NCBI RefSeq assembly: GCF_002945325.1
Contig: NZ_CP026606.1
Span: 1,440,001-1,472,000 of the forward strand
DNA from: Methanococcus maripaludis
GTDB lineage: Archaea > AGJL01 > Methanococci > Methanococcales > Methanococcaceae
Direction of reading: 5' to 3'
DNA: 32,000 nucleotides
The notes under the pieces were generated by a model. The model made no database searches. It had not been told where the DNA came from and was given only the letters and a program-made list of their open reading frames with translations. This document shows positions 1 to 10,018 of the stretch, in pieces. The first letter of the stretch is position 1. Each line of letters opens with the position of its first letter. The position numbers were made by a program, and so were the translations under genes.

Positions 1-1201
1 ACCTGGAACTGAAGTTTACAATGCATCTGAAAAGATTTTGGGAGAAATTTTTTCAAAAGGAACAATTGAAATTGGAAATTTAATTTCAGCAGATTCAAAA
101 GTTAAACTCGATGTAAACAAGTTATGTTCGAGACACTTGGCAATACTTGCAATTACTGGAATGGGTAAGTCAAATACCGTTTCTGTTCTTTTGGAAGAAT
201 TAAATAACATTCATGCAACCGTTTTAGTTTTTGATATGCACAGGGAATATGTTGAAATCGAAGCAAAGAGCAGTATAATTCGAAGAAATATCATAAAACC
301 AAAAATAAACGTATACAACATGTCATATGACGCATTAATGTCTCTTGCAGGAGTTGACCCACAAGCTACAGTTCAAAGGGCAATGGGAAGGCGTGCAATG
401 AAAAAAATCAAGGAATCCAAAAAGGAAGTTGATTTTAATACTGTTGATGAGTATATAAACTCGATTATCAATGAACTCAATTATTACATGGGTATGGATG
501 AATTTAAGAGCAAAGTGGACAGTATTTTAACATTGATTATGCGATTTGAAGATTTGATGACTTTTAAAGATAAAATTACTGCGATAAATTACAATCCTAT
601 TCAAGATATAAAAGAAAATTATGTGAATATTGTTGATATAAGCGAATTAGACGAAAGCAGTACCGATTTAATAATCTCTTACTTTACGGGGGAGATTTTA
701 AAGGATAGAAAAAAAGTTTTATGGAATACAAAAGTTGCAAAACCAATATTTATAATATATGAGGAAGCACATCTTATTGTGCCACAAAACAGGCCCACAA
801 AATCCAAGATTCCGATTTCAAAAATTGCAAGGGAGGGTCGTAAATTTGGTGTAGGAATTTGTCTTGTTTCACAAAGGCCAAAAACCCTTGACCAAGAGTC
901 GCTATCCCAGTGCAACAACTTTATAATTTCAAAATTAATTGAGCCAAGCGATCAAAAACACGTCCAACACGCATCAGAAAATTTAAGCGAAGACTTATTA
1001 AATCAGCTTCCAGGCTTAAACGTTGGGGAAGCAGTAATAATTGGCCCTTGTTTGAAAATCCCTGCAATGGTAAAAATAAAAAGATTTGAAGGGGAATATG
1101 GTGGTGAAGACGTTAAATTTGATGAACTTTGGACTACTGAAAAAGAAAAGAATATTCCTGAATTTATAGAAAGTAATGAACTTTTTAATGACGATTTGTA
1201 G
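1..1201 (+). CDS. HerA-like / DUF87 ATPase (partial, open at the left window edge)
   Basis: P-loop AITGMGKSNTVSVLLEEL, Walker B-like IFIIYEEAHLIVP, and REGRKFGVGICLVSQRP motif. The frame is open upstream of the first called start, so the true N-terminus lies outside the window. Confidence 0.85.
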   Translation, partial: PGTEVYNASEKILGEIFSKGTIEIGNLISADSKVKLDVNKLCSRHLAILAITGMGKSNTVSVLLEELNNIHATVLVFDMHREYVEIEAKSSIIRRNIIKPKINVYNMSYDALMSLAGVDPQATVQRAMGRRAMKKIKESKKEVDFNTVDEYINSIINELNYYMGMDEFKSKVDSILTLIMRFEDLMTFKDKITAINYNPIQDIKENYVNIVDISELDESSTDLIISYFTGEILKDRKKVLWNTKVAKPIFIIYEEAHLIVPQNRPTKSKIPISKIAREGRKFGVGICLVSQRPKTLDQESLSQCNNFIISKLIEPSDQKHVQHASENLSEDLLNQLPGLNVGEAVIIGPCLKIPAMVKIKRFEGEYGGEDVKFDELWTTEKEKNIPEFIESNELFNDDL

Positions 1202-1216
1202 AGTCAAGAGGCGTTT

Positions 1217-2029
1217 ATGAGCTTTGAAGTTACATTTGACGGAATGAGATACTCTTGCGTTAACTGCGCTTACTGTTGCAGTTGCAAAAATTGGAGAGTA
1301 TTTTTAAGTTATTTTGACATGATGAGACTAAAAGGCTATGAAAATTATATTGAAAAGTCAAATTCAAATTATGAACATGTTTTAGCCCTTAGAAATGGAA
1401 AGTGCGGCCTTATCGAGAATAATTTATGTAGAATACAGCTTGAAAAAAGCTATGATACGAAACCTGCAATGTGCAGGCTGTTTCCCTTCAGTTTCATGGT
1501 AAAATGGAATGGGGACTTACTTTTGATTTTAAAACACTACTGTAGTGGTGTTCAGGTAGGTAAATGCAGTAAAAAAACTATAAAACATGCAATAGAATGC
1601 TGTGAAGAATTATATCACGACCAACTTTCGGAATTTTCCTTAGACTTTGCTGAAAGAAGTGATAAAACTTCTTTAAATGAAAAAACAGAAATTTGTTGGG
1701 AAGAAAGGGCAGAACTTGGAAAATACTTCTTTAAAATTAAAAAATTTGATAGTTTTTCTGAAAAATATTCTGAAATATTTTCTGAAGATATATCTGACTC
1801 TATTGAAAAATTAAAATCAAAAAACAATGGTTTTGATGAAAAAACTCAAAAATTGCGTGAAAAAGAGACTTTACGCTATATGTATGAGTTGAATAAAAGA
1901 GAACATTTTAGAAAAATGTCTTTTAAAAAAGAACTGGATAATCTTATAAACGTTGGAATCATTATTGATGATTATAAAGATTTACTCAAAGGTGAAGGTG
2001 CAGTAGATTCAAAACTCCTTCTTAACTGA
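1217..2029 (+). CDS. YkgJ-like zinc/iron-chelating CxxC-domain protein
   Basis: CVNCAYCCSC near the N-terminus, then CGLIENNLCRIQ and KPAMCRLFPFSF, the typical cysteine spacing of the CxxCxxCC family. Confidence 0.7.
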   Translation: MSFEVTFDGMRYSCVNCAYCCSCKNWRVFLSYFDMMRLKGYENYIEKSNSNYEHVLALRNGKCGLIENNLCRIQLEKSYDTKPAMCRLFPFSFMVKWNGDLLLILKHYCSGVQVGKCSKKTIKHAIECCEELYHDQLSEFSLDFAERSDKTSLNEKTEICWEERAELGKYFFKIKKFDSFSEKYSEIFSEDISDSIEKLKSKNNGFDEKTQKLREKETLRYMYELNKREHFRKMSFKKELDNLINVGIIIDDYKDLLKGEGAVDSKLLLN

Positions 2030-2046
2030 GACGAATTGTGAAAACT

Positions 2047-2574
2047 ATGTCTGTAAAAGAATACCTCATTATTTTAATAATTGTTTTAATTTTTGCAGCA
2101 GTCCCACTGATAATTTTGCAGGAAAAAAAGGATAACCTTTCAGAAATGCAAGAATTTGAAAAATACGGGGTTTACGAAGTAAAAAAAATTAATTCGGAAG
2201 ACGGAAATATATTAAGGGTTTTTCAAATTAGAAATACTATCGGAGAAAGATTAAGGGGAGAACTTGATAAATCTGCAAAATTAGACCTTTGTTATATCCT
2301 TTGGTATTCATACAACAATTTTGAGGATATAAACTCTGTAGAAGTGTTTTCTTACTATAATAACAGTGGAGATATGAAGATTTATTACCTTTACGAGATA
2401 GGAACAAGAGAAATAGAAATTTCGGAGCTTTCAAACGCGACTGAAGCAGAAGTTATGGCTTATATGGAATATTATTATCGTAAAATAGTTAAACTAGGAA
2501 ATTTAAATGTAATGGATGAGAATATCCCCTACTGGAAGGAGGCAGATAATGGTTACGATAGTTCCAATAAATGA
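2047..2574 (+). CDS. Hypothetical membrane-anchored protein
   Basis: ORF with a single N-terminal hydrophobic helix (YLIILIIVLIFAAVPLIIL) followed by a soluble domain. No family recognised. Confidence 0.55.
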   Translation: MSVKEYLIILIIVLIFAAVPLIILQEKKDNLSEMQEFEKYGVYEVKKINSEDGNILRVFQIRNTIGERLRGELDKSAKLDLCYILWYSYNNFEDINSVEVFSYYNNSGDMKIYYLYEIGTREIEISELSNATEAEVMAYMEYYYRKIVKLGNLNVMDENIPYWKEADNGYDSSNK

Positions 2575-3121
2575 GGAAGAAAGGGCAAGCATAATAAACG
2601 GGCTTAAAAGTTCAGTACCTGCTACTAAATTAATCACTTTGAAAAAAATTGTTGATTTAACTGTTTTAAGACCTGAATCATTGCAGTACATGGAAATGAC
2701 CGACAAAATGGCAATTCAGAGAATAGTTTCGGGAATTGAACGAATAATGGAATATGATATTGATGAAGTTTTAAAAAGAGAGGCTTCAATTGCTCTTGAA
2801 AAACTCAAAGTAACTCTTGGTTCAAAATTTGTACAAAATTTATTTTACTGTCAAAACTGTAATGGTGTAGTTGATATTGGCTGGGAAAACTGTGCAAATT
2901 GCGGTGCAAGTTTGGCAGAAATGGAGTTTGCTGAAACAAAACCTTGTCCAAACTGTAACAAACACACCTCTGAAAACTGGAATAACTGTGCACACTGCGG
3001 ATTCCAACTTATCAAAGAAGAAGATAAAATTCAAAAATGCAGCGGTTGTAAAAGAGAAGTTGATCCAACGTGGATGGTCTGCCCATACTGTGGAACGAGA
3101 CTTAAAGTTTCGAAAAAATAA
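2549..3121 (+). CDS. Protein with three tandem C-terminal zinc ribbons
   Basis: SD-like ggagg before ATG at 2549. Three paired CxxC modules: CQNC..CANC, CPNC..CAHC, CSGC..CPYC. Confidence 0.75.
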   Translation: MVTIVPINEEERASIINGLKSSVPATKLITLKKIVDLTVLRPESLQYMEMTDKMAIQRIVSGIERIMEYDIDEVLKREASIALEKLKVTLGSKFVQNLFYCQNCNGVVDIGWENCANCGASLAEMEFAETKPCPNCNKHTSENWNNCAHCGFQLIKEEDKIQKCSGCKREVDPTWMVCPYCGTRLKVSKK

Positions 3122-3241
3122 GGCAAATATCTCTTTTTTAAATTTTTAAACTTTTTAAAATTATCGAGTTTATATTTTTTACTGTAAATTTTATATATTT
3201 AAATACATATTTTCTATGAATGATTATTTGAGGTGTTAATT

Positions 3242-4381
3242 ATTAAAAAATTTGTAATAATTGCAAGCTTATTATTGGCACTTTTATTTGCAGGTTGTAC
3301 GGATAGTACTACTTCAGATGGGGAAGTTGCTGACTTGAAGGTTGCATACCTTCCATCAGACCACGATGCACCGTTATTTGTTGCAGCAGAATATCCTGAT
3401 GTATTCAAAGACGAATATGGCGTATATTTACAAGAAGTTGAGAATAAAAAAACATACGAACTTTATGAAAACGATAAACTCGTAGCAAATGTTGAATTTA
3501 TAAAAGTTATTGAAGGTGGAGCGAAAATCATGACTTTGATGGCACAAGGTCAGATTGACGTTGGATTAAACGGAGTTCCTCCTGCAGTATTCTCAATTGA
3601 TCAGGGAACTGCTGCAAAAATTGTAAGCCCTGCTCAATCAGAAGGTTCAGCAATCGTTATTAAAAGCGACATTCCTGCTAAAACATGGGAAGAATTTGTA
3701 GTTTACATAAAAGAACAGGCAGAATCAGGAGTACAGGTTAAAATTGGACACCCGCTCCCTACCTCAATCCAATATGTTATGATAAAATCAGCACTCGATG
3801 CTGAAGGAATTACCTACACAGAAAATCCAAATGATGAAGATACAATGGTTCAGCTTATCAACTGTAAGGGTCAGGGAACAATGCCACAGTTATTAAGCAG
3901 CAATGAACTCGATGCAGTAATTGCATGGGAACCAACACCAGAGCAGTTAGCAGTTTCAGGAATTGGAAAACCAGTAATTTATTCCGGAAACGTTCCACCT
4001 GAAGGAATGTGGGAAAACCACCCTTGCTGTGTATTTGTTGCATCAAATAATGCAATAGAAAACAAAAGAGAAGGCGTAAAATCATTCTTAAAATTAATGG
4101 CTTTAGCAAACAATGAAATTACGGCAAATCCAAAACTTGCAGTAAATGCAAGTGCTGAATGGCTCGGAACTGACTTAGAAGTTGAAGAACGTTCAATTCC
4201 AAACATCGGATTTACAAATGAAATTGGTTCTTTAGAAGCTATTGGACCTGAATTTGTAAAAGTTATGGATGAACAAGGTGCAATGACTGGCCAATTAGCA
4301 GGACTTGAAGATGCTGAAGAAATAAATGCAATTCTCTACGATTTCACATTATATAATGAAATCATGGAAGAAATACAATAA
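3242..4381 (+). CDS. NitT/TauT (SsuA-like) ABC transporter substrate-binding lipoprotein, solitary
   Basis: Signal peptide with lipobox (KKFVIIASLLLALLFAGC), LKVAYLPSDHDAPLFVA, and MAQGQIDVGLNGVPPAV. The start is inferred as ATT at 3242 after SD gaggtg; the track start is GTG 3233. Confidence 0.75.
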   Translation: MKKFVIIASLLLALLFAGCTDSTTSDGEVADLKVAYLPSDHDAPLFVAAEYPDVFKDEYGVYLQEVENKKTYELYENDKLVANVEFIKVIEGGAKIMTLMAQGQIDVGLNGVPPAVFSIDQGTAAKIVSPAQSEGSAIVIKSDIPAKTWEEFVVYIKEQAESGVQVKIGHPLPTSIQYVMIKSALDAEGITYTENPNDEDTMVQLINCKGQGTMPQLLSSNELDAVIAWEPTPEQLAVSGIGKPVIYSGNVPPEGMWENHPCCVFVASNNAIENKREGVKSFLKLMALANNEITANPKLAVNASAEWLGTDLEVEERSIPNIGFTNEIGSLEAIGPEFVKVMDEQGAMTGQLAGLEDAEEINAILYDFTLYNEIMEEIQ

Positions 4382-4608
4382 TTTTCATAAACTTTCTTTT
4401 TTTAATTAATTATGATGTACTCTATTTTAAGAATTTTAATAGCCATTATTTGGATATACGCGGTTTAAAATTAAAAAAATGCTTTTTTAGGGCTCTATTT
4501 GATTAAATTTTTGTTATTATCAATTAAATTTATATATTTGAAAAAAGCTCCTATATTCTAAGAATTATTCGAAATTTACACAAATTTTTTAATTATTTTG
4601 GTGAAAAT

Positions 4609-5937
4609 ATGGACGTAGTAATAATAGGAAGCGGTGCAGGGGGACTTACAACTGCATCAAACATAAAAAAACACGATAAAAATGCAAAAGTAACAGTAAT
4701 TACCTCAGATAAATATATTGCATACTCACCATGCGCTATACCTTACGTAATTGGTGAAGAAATTGCAGATTTTGATACTATTATCATGCACACACCTGAA
4801 GATTACAAGGCAAAAGGAATCGATGTAATTGTCGAAGCTGAAGTTTTAGACGTGATTTCAGGCGAAAACAAAGTAATTTACAAAAAAGATGGAAACGAAA
4901 CAGAAATTAAATACGATAATTTAGTTTTAGCAACTGGGGGAACTCCATTTGTACCTCCGATCGAAGGAGTAAATTTAGATGGCGTATTTAAAGTAAGAAC
5001 TATTGAAGATGGTCAAAAAATAACCGAATGGGCAAAAGACACTAAAAATGTAGTGGTTGCAGGTGCTGGAGCAATCGGCATTGAAATTGCATTTGGATTA
5101 AAAGAAATTGGGTTAAACGTAACTGTTGTTGAAATGGTTCCACAAGTATTCCCAAGAGCACTCGACCCAGACATGGCAGAAACTGTCCAAAAATATTTGG
5201 AAGAACAGGGAATTAAAATTATTCTTGAAAAACCTGTTGGAAAAATTATTGGAAACGACAAGGTCGAAGCTGTTTTAGTTGGCGAAGAAACAATTCCTGC
5301 AGAAATGGTAATTATGTCAACAGGAGTTAGATCAAACATCCAACTTGCTAAACGCGCAGGCTGTGACATTGGAAGATGGGCAGTTCTTACAAATGAAAAA
5401 ATGCAGACATCAATCCCAAACATCTATGCAGTTGGAGATTGTGTTGAAGTAATCGATGCAATAACAATGCAAAACACACTTTCACCATTTGGAACAACCG
5501 CAGTAAGGCAGGGAAAAGTAGCAGCTAAATGTATTGCAGGACTTGAAGCAGAAATTAAACCTGTATTAAACAGTATGGTTTCAAAAATCGGAAAGCTTGA
5601 AATTGGTGGAACTGGAATGACTGAAACCGCTGCAAAGATGAATGGAATTGAAATTGTCTTAGGATACTCAAAATCACTTACAAGAGCAAGATACTACCCT
5701 GGCGGAAAACCAATTTACATAAAAATGGTTGCTGACAAAATGACGAGAAAAGTAATCGGTTGCCAGATTATTTCAGAAGAAAGAGTCGCAGAAAGAGTAG
5801 ATGCAATGTCAGTTGCAATTTCAAATGGAATGACTGTTGAAGAATTAGCAAATCAAGAATTCTGTTATGCACCACCAGTTTCAATGGTAATTGACCCGAT
5901 AGTTTTCGCTGCAGAAGATACGCTCGATAAATTTTAA
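4609..5937 (+). CDS. FAD-dependent pyridine nucleotide-disulfide oxidoreductase (NADH oxidase / CoA-disulfide reductase-like)
   Basis: VVIIGSGAGGLTTASNI FAD motif, single redox Cys in YSPCAIPYVIG, second Rossmann VVVAGAGAIGIEIAFGL, and IYAVGDCVEV. Confidence 0.85.
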   Translation: MDVVIIGSGAGGLTTASNIKKHDKNAKVTVITSDKYIAYSPCAIPYVIGEEIADFDTIIMHTPEDYKAKGIDVIVEAEVLDVISGENKVIYKKDGNETEIKYDNLVLATGGTPFVPPIEGVNLDGVFKVRTIEDGQKITEWAKDTKNVVVAGAGAIGIEIAFGLKEIGLNVTVVEMVPQVFPRALDPDMAETVQKYLEEQGIKIILEKPVGKIIGNDKVEAVLVGEETIPAEMVIMSTGVRSNIQLAKRAGCDIGRWAVLTNEKMQTSIPNIYAVGDCVEVIDAITMQNTLSPFGTTAVRQGKVAAKCIAGLEAEIKPVLNSMVSKIGKLEIGGTGMTETAAKMNGIEIVLGYSKSLTRARYYPGGKPIYIKMVADKMTRKVIGCQIISEERVAERVDAMSVAISNGMTVEELANQEFCYAPPVSMVIDPIVFAAEDTLDKF

Positions 5938-6079
5938 GTACGATTATCGGCATCTCAGCCTTTTTTAAACTTTTTTATTGAATTTGAAAACAAAAACTAT
6001 TATATTGTTTTAAACTATAATTTTTGATTACGACATATAATATATAATTTTAACAATTAATATACGATCAGGCGATTAA

Positions 6080-7048
6080 ATGTTAATAAGGCCAAGAAGA
6101 CTTAGAAAAAACCAGAAAATTAGAGATTTGGTAAGAGAAACCGTTTTAACTAAAAACGATTTAATAATGCCAATTTTCGTAGATGAAAATTTAAAAAACG
6201 ATGAAAAAACTCCAATTAACTCAATGCCTGGACAATTCCGGTATGGTGTAGATTCCGCAGTTAAAGAATGCGTTGAAATTTCAAAATTGGGAGTTCCCGG
6301 AGTAATTTTGTTTGGAATTCCAACTGAAAAGGACGAATTTGCAAATTCTGCGGTAAATGAAAACGGTGGAGTTCAAAAGGTTATTTCAAAAGTAAAGGCC
6401 GAACTTGGGGACGATCTTTTAGTAATTGCGGATGTCTGTATGTGTGAATACACAAGCCACGGGCACTGCGGTATAATTAAAGGAGAAGAAATTTTAAACG
6501 ACGAGACACTTGAAATACTTGGAAATATTGCTCTGTCATATGCAAAGGCCGGTGTTGATATTGTTGCACCATCTGACATGATGGATGGAAGGGTTTTAAA
6601 AATTAGAAATGTTTTGGATGAGAATGGATTTAAAAACGTTTCAATAATGAGTTATGCTGCAAAATATGCATCAGCATTTTACGGGCCATTTAGGGATGCT
6701 GCAGAGAGCACACCGCAATTCGGGGATAGAAAATCATACCAGATGGATATGGGAAACTCAAGAGAAGCCATAAAAGAGATAGAACTCGATATAAAAGAAG
6801 GTGCTGACTTAATTTTGGTAAAACCAGCTCTTCCGTATCTTGATATTGTAAAAATGGCAAAAGAAATATCTAATGTTCCAGTCGGAGGATACTGTGTAAG
6901 TGGGGAGTATTCAATGATTGAAGCAGCGGCAGAAAAAGGATGGCTTGATAGGGAAAAAGTAATATATGAAACGCTTTTAAGCATAAAACGGGCAGGGGCT
7001 GACTTTATAATAACATACTGGGCAAAAGAAGCTGCTACGTGGCTATAA
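6080..7048 (+). CDS. hemB: Porphobilinogen synthase (delta-aminolevulinic acid dehydratase)
   Basis: [21 protein letters not shown]-terminus, [14 protein letters not shown] metal site, and [25 protein letters not shown] active-site segments. Confidence 0.95.
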   Translation: MLIRPRRLRKNQKIRDLVRETVLTKNDLIMPIFVDENLKNDEKTPINSMPGQFRYGVDSAVKECVEISKLGVPGVILFGIPTEKDEFANSAVNENGGVQKVISKVKAELGDDLLVIADVCMCEYTSHGHCGIIKGEEILNDETLEILGNIALSYAKAGVDIVAPSDMMDGRVLKIRNVLDENGFKNVSIMSYAAKYASAFYGPFRDAAESTPQFGDRKSYQMDMGNSREAIKEIELDIKEGADLILVKPALPYLDIVKMAKEISNVPVGGYCVSGEYSMIEAAAEKGWLDREKVIYETLLSIKRAGADFIITYWAKEAATWL

Positions 7049-7067
7049 ATAATTATGAGGGGGATTA

Positions 7068-7744
7068 TGGGATTTATAACTTCACTATCAAAACATAGTT
7101 TATCACCGATAAGTGGAAAATTAAATGAATATCCATTAAGTTTATTTTTAAGAAATCTTGATAAAAAGGATTATTTCATTTTAAAAGATTATAATCTGGG
7201 CCGTAATGGTAATTTAAGCGTTATCGATTACATCATAGTTTCAAAATACGGAATTTTCGTTATAAATTCAAAAAATCTGCCTGGAACTATTACAAATAAA
7301 GACGGTAAGTGGGTTCAAAAAATAAATGGATCTGAAAATTTAATTGAAAATCCTGTTTTAGAAACTTATAATTTAGTAAATTTATTAAAAAAAGAAGTTA
7401 TTGCAGTAAAAGATATCGAAATAATTCCTATAATAATATTTAATGCTACATCAAAACTTGATTTTAATTTGGATGGCATTATAAACAGCCCTGAAATCAT
7501 TAGAAAAATAAAAAGTTATAATAATCCGATAATCACCCAAAAGAAATGTGAAAGTATAATTTACAGTCTTTTACAGCCTAATAATTCAAAGAATGGATTG
7601 AATGTGGTTAAGTATCCTGTAAAAAAAATCATTGATGAAGGTAATAAACATTTCTGCCCAAAATGCGGTTCAAAACTTAAAGTTTCAGAAATCGAAAAAA
7701 GTTTTGTATGTCCAAATAATAAAAAATGCGGCTCAAAATTATAG
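7068..7744 (+). CDS. NERD-like nuclease-related domain protein with C-terminal zinc ribbon
   Basis: GNLSVIDYIIVSKYGIFVINSKN is characteristic of NERD; the C-terminus carries CPKCGSKL...CPNNKKCGSKL. Confidence 0.7.
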
Positions 7745-8248
7745 TTAAATTTTGTTATTATTTTTATCTTTAATTCCCTTTAAATACCATTCAGGCGCTT
7801 TTCTTTTAGACCATTTACAAAAACTCGATTTTTCAGATATGTAGTAGTTGCGATATGCAGTTACAGCATTATCTGAGGTATATTCTTTTGGTATTGCCTG
7901 TGCAAAAGGTGTTAACTCAGTAATATCCGATTTTACCGGATTATATTCTAAGTATTTTAAAAGTTCAGAAGATTTATGTATTTTCCCGTATCTAAAAGTA
8001 TATTCTGATAAAAGTGCTTTTAAAAGAGATAGCGCCCATTCGTAGTTTTTAGGAGATTTTGAAGCCCATATAACACAGGGGTGTTTTTCGTGCGTTTTTT
8101 TATAGCATTTTTCTTTATAAATTGAATCATGAATGTGGTGAACTGTTGATAAAATTTGTGCAGCTTCAAGAGGCATTTTTACAACGTGTTTGTCGCAGTG
8201 CATTTTAGCAGCTTTTAGTGGATCGCTATCTAAAATAAAAAGTTGCAA
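7745..8248 (-). CDS. Uncharacterised protein resembling small phage/virus-encoded proteins
   Basis: TTG start after SD ggtga. Motifs MQLFILDSDPLKAAKMHCDKHVVKMPLEAAQIL, KTHEKHPCVIWA, TPFAQAIP, AYRNYYISEKSSFCKW. Confidence 0.6.
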   Translation of the reverse strand: MQLFILDSDPLKAAKMHCDKHVVKMPLEAAQILSTVHHIHDSIYKEKCYKKTHEKHPCVIWASKSPKNYEWALSLLKALLSEYTFRYGKIHKSSELLKYLEYNPVKSDITELTPFAQAIPKEYTSDNAVTAYRNYYISEKSSFCKWSKRKAPEWYLKGIKDKNNNKI

Positions 8249-8313
8249 GATTGTTCACCTTTTGAAATTAAAAAATGATTTAAATTAATTTATGTCAAAA
8301 AAAGTTAAAATAG

Positions 8314-9987
8314 TTATTCGATAGTTATTTCAAATCCAACTACTGGATGTTCGAGTTCGAAGTTTAAAATAACTTCGGGGTGTATTTCTCCAAAGAATCC
8401 AACTTCTTTTCCACTTTTAAGTATTTTTGCACATCTTCCAGCTATGAATGCTGGGTGTTCATAGTTTTCAAATTCAAAACCTTCAAAAAACTCCCTTAGG
8501 AGTGCTTCAGTTGAGCTTTTTATTTCGTTAAAGTTCGTTAAAGGGTGTGTTATTGCACCCGCAATTTTCTTGATATTTTTACACTTTGTATCAGTTTCAG
8601 TATCTTCTTCATCGATAACTACACAGTCACCAACTTCAAATATTTTTTGAGGAAGAGCATTGTGCTTGTTAATGTAAAGCGTTTCCAAAAGAAGCGGTAA
8701 AATCGAAGTTCTAAGGACCCTATGTTCAATTGAAGCAGGTTTTAAAACTTCGATATAATCTTTTTCATCCACTTTTAAATTCATCTTTTCAAACAACGTG
8801 TCTTGATTTGAAAGTGTTAAATTCATAACTTCGTAGAATCCAAGTCCAATCATTAAATCAGACATTGCACTACATTTTTTCTCAACAGGATCTTTTGAGC
8901 CGGTAGTTGCAACCGAGGGTAATTTTCCTTCGAATTTCTCATATCCATAGTTTATAGCAATTTCTTCTTTCAAATCAACGTTATGCAAGATGTCATTTCT
9001 GTATGCAGGAATTTTTACAATCAAATTTCCATCTTCATAAAGTGCATCCATTCCTGATTTTTTAACAGCCTGAATTATTTCTCCAGGATTTAAATTTAGT
9101 CCTAATTTTTTATTAATTGATTCAACGGAAATTATTCTTGATTTTGGAGTCAAATCTGGATATTTTTTCCCGTTAACATCTACTGAAACAATGGTTCCGC
9201 GTCTTTCTGCAAGTGCACAGACGATAATGTTTAGTGTTTCTTCAACCGCTTCTTTTTCAGTTCCGGTAATGTCAATAAGTAAATTTTTAGATGTTGGGGT
9301 TACTTTTGTTAATGTTCCATTGATTATTGGAGGCATTGAAAGAACTTCGCCATTTACATCGACAATAATTGGGAATTTATCGTCTTGAATTAAATGGGCG
9401 TATTTTATTCCTTTTTCGTGTTTTTCAATAATTTCTCTAGGTGTCATTTCTTCGTTTTCATAACCTAATGGAACAAATTTAATTTCATCCCCTTTGATTT
9501 CTTTGTAAGTAAATGGAGCTTTTACTTTATCGAAGTCGTGAATTCCAATTGCAAGTTTCTTTCTATCTCTTCCAATTGCCCAGTGTAATTTTTCCTGAAG
9601 GTTTATCATGCTTTCAAGGACAAGGTCATCCATTAAAACATTTTTAACAAGTGCAAATGCGACATAAGGTCTTGTTTCATTTTCTTCAACAGTTACTTTA
9701 ATGTCTGAATCAATCACTTCAAATTCTTGGATTCCTGTAGTAATTCCCATAAATCCTCTAAAACCTCTTGCAAGGCCTTCAACACTTAAATAATCTGGCC
9801 TATCAGGATTTATTGAAAACTGCACCATGTTCTGTTTTTTCCCGTTTTTATCGACTTCTTCGAATATTTCTTCTACTTCAACACCCATCATTGGGAATCT
9901 ATCTTCTATTAATTTGTCCGAAAGCGAAATATTGCTCAATCGTTCCAAATCTACTTTATTCACGTTAATTGTAGGCACAGTATTCAC
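8314..9987 (-). CDS. pheT: Phenylalanyl-tRNA synthetase beta subunit
   Basis: N-terminus MPTINVNKVDLERLS-like, NPDRPDYLSVEGLARG, VDLKEEIAINYGYEKF, and GFYEVMNLTLSN motifs. Confidence 0.95.
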   Translation of the reverse strand: MNTVPTINVNKVDLERLSNISLSDKLIEDRFPMMGVEVEEIFEEVDKNGKKQNMVQFSINPDRPDYLSVEGLARGFRGFMGITTGIQEFEVIDSDIKVTVEENETRPYVAFALVKNVLMDDLVLESMINLQEKLHWAIGRDRKKLAIGIHDFDKVKAPFTYKEIKGDEIKFVPLGYENEEMTPREIIEKHEKGIKYAHLIQDDKFPIIVDVNGEVLSMPPIINGTLTKVTPTSKNLLIDITGTEKEAVEETLNIIVCALAERRGTIVSVDVNGKKYPDLTPKSRIISVESINKKLGLNLNPGEIIQAVKKSGMDALYEDGNLIVKIPAYRNDILHNVDLKEEIAINYGYEKFEGKLPSVATTGSKDPVEKKCSAMSDLMIGLGFYEVMNLTLSNQDTLFEKMNLKVDEKDYIEVLKPASIEHRVLRTSILPLLLETLYINKHNALPQKIFEVGDCVVIDEEDTETDTKCKNIKKIAGAITHPLTNFNEIKSSTEALLREFFEGFEFENYEHPAFIAGRCAKILKSGKEVGFFGEIHPEVILNFELEHPVVGFEITIE

Positions 9988-10018
9988 CCATATTTTTAAT
10001 TTAAACGTATATTCTAAA

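Noticed and set aside
1615-1827. Antisense ORF of 70 aa inside the YkgJ-like gene
   Set aside because: Fully inside a well-supported coding sequence on the other strand, with no SD or recognisable protein. The same applies to the other antisense ORFs in the track (for example 679-918, 5013-5423, 9191-9388, 12164-12772, 21429-21860, 26546-26803).
2871-3149. Plus-strand ORF of 92 aa overlapping the triple zinc-ribbon gene
   Set aside because: Out-of-frame shadow of the CxxC-rich coding sequence; the 2549-3121 frame has clear zinc ribbon logic.
4382-4608. Possible small RNA or riboswitch in the long noncoding gap
   Set aside because: AT-rich with a TATA-like element near 4530 and T-runs, but no stable paired structure or known motif could be identified by eye.
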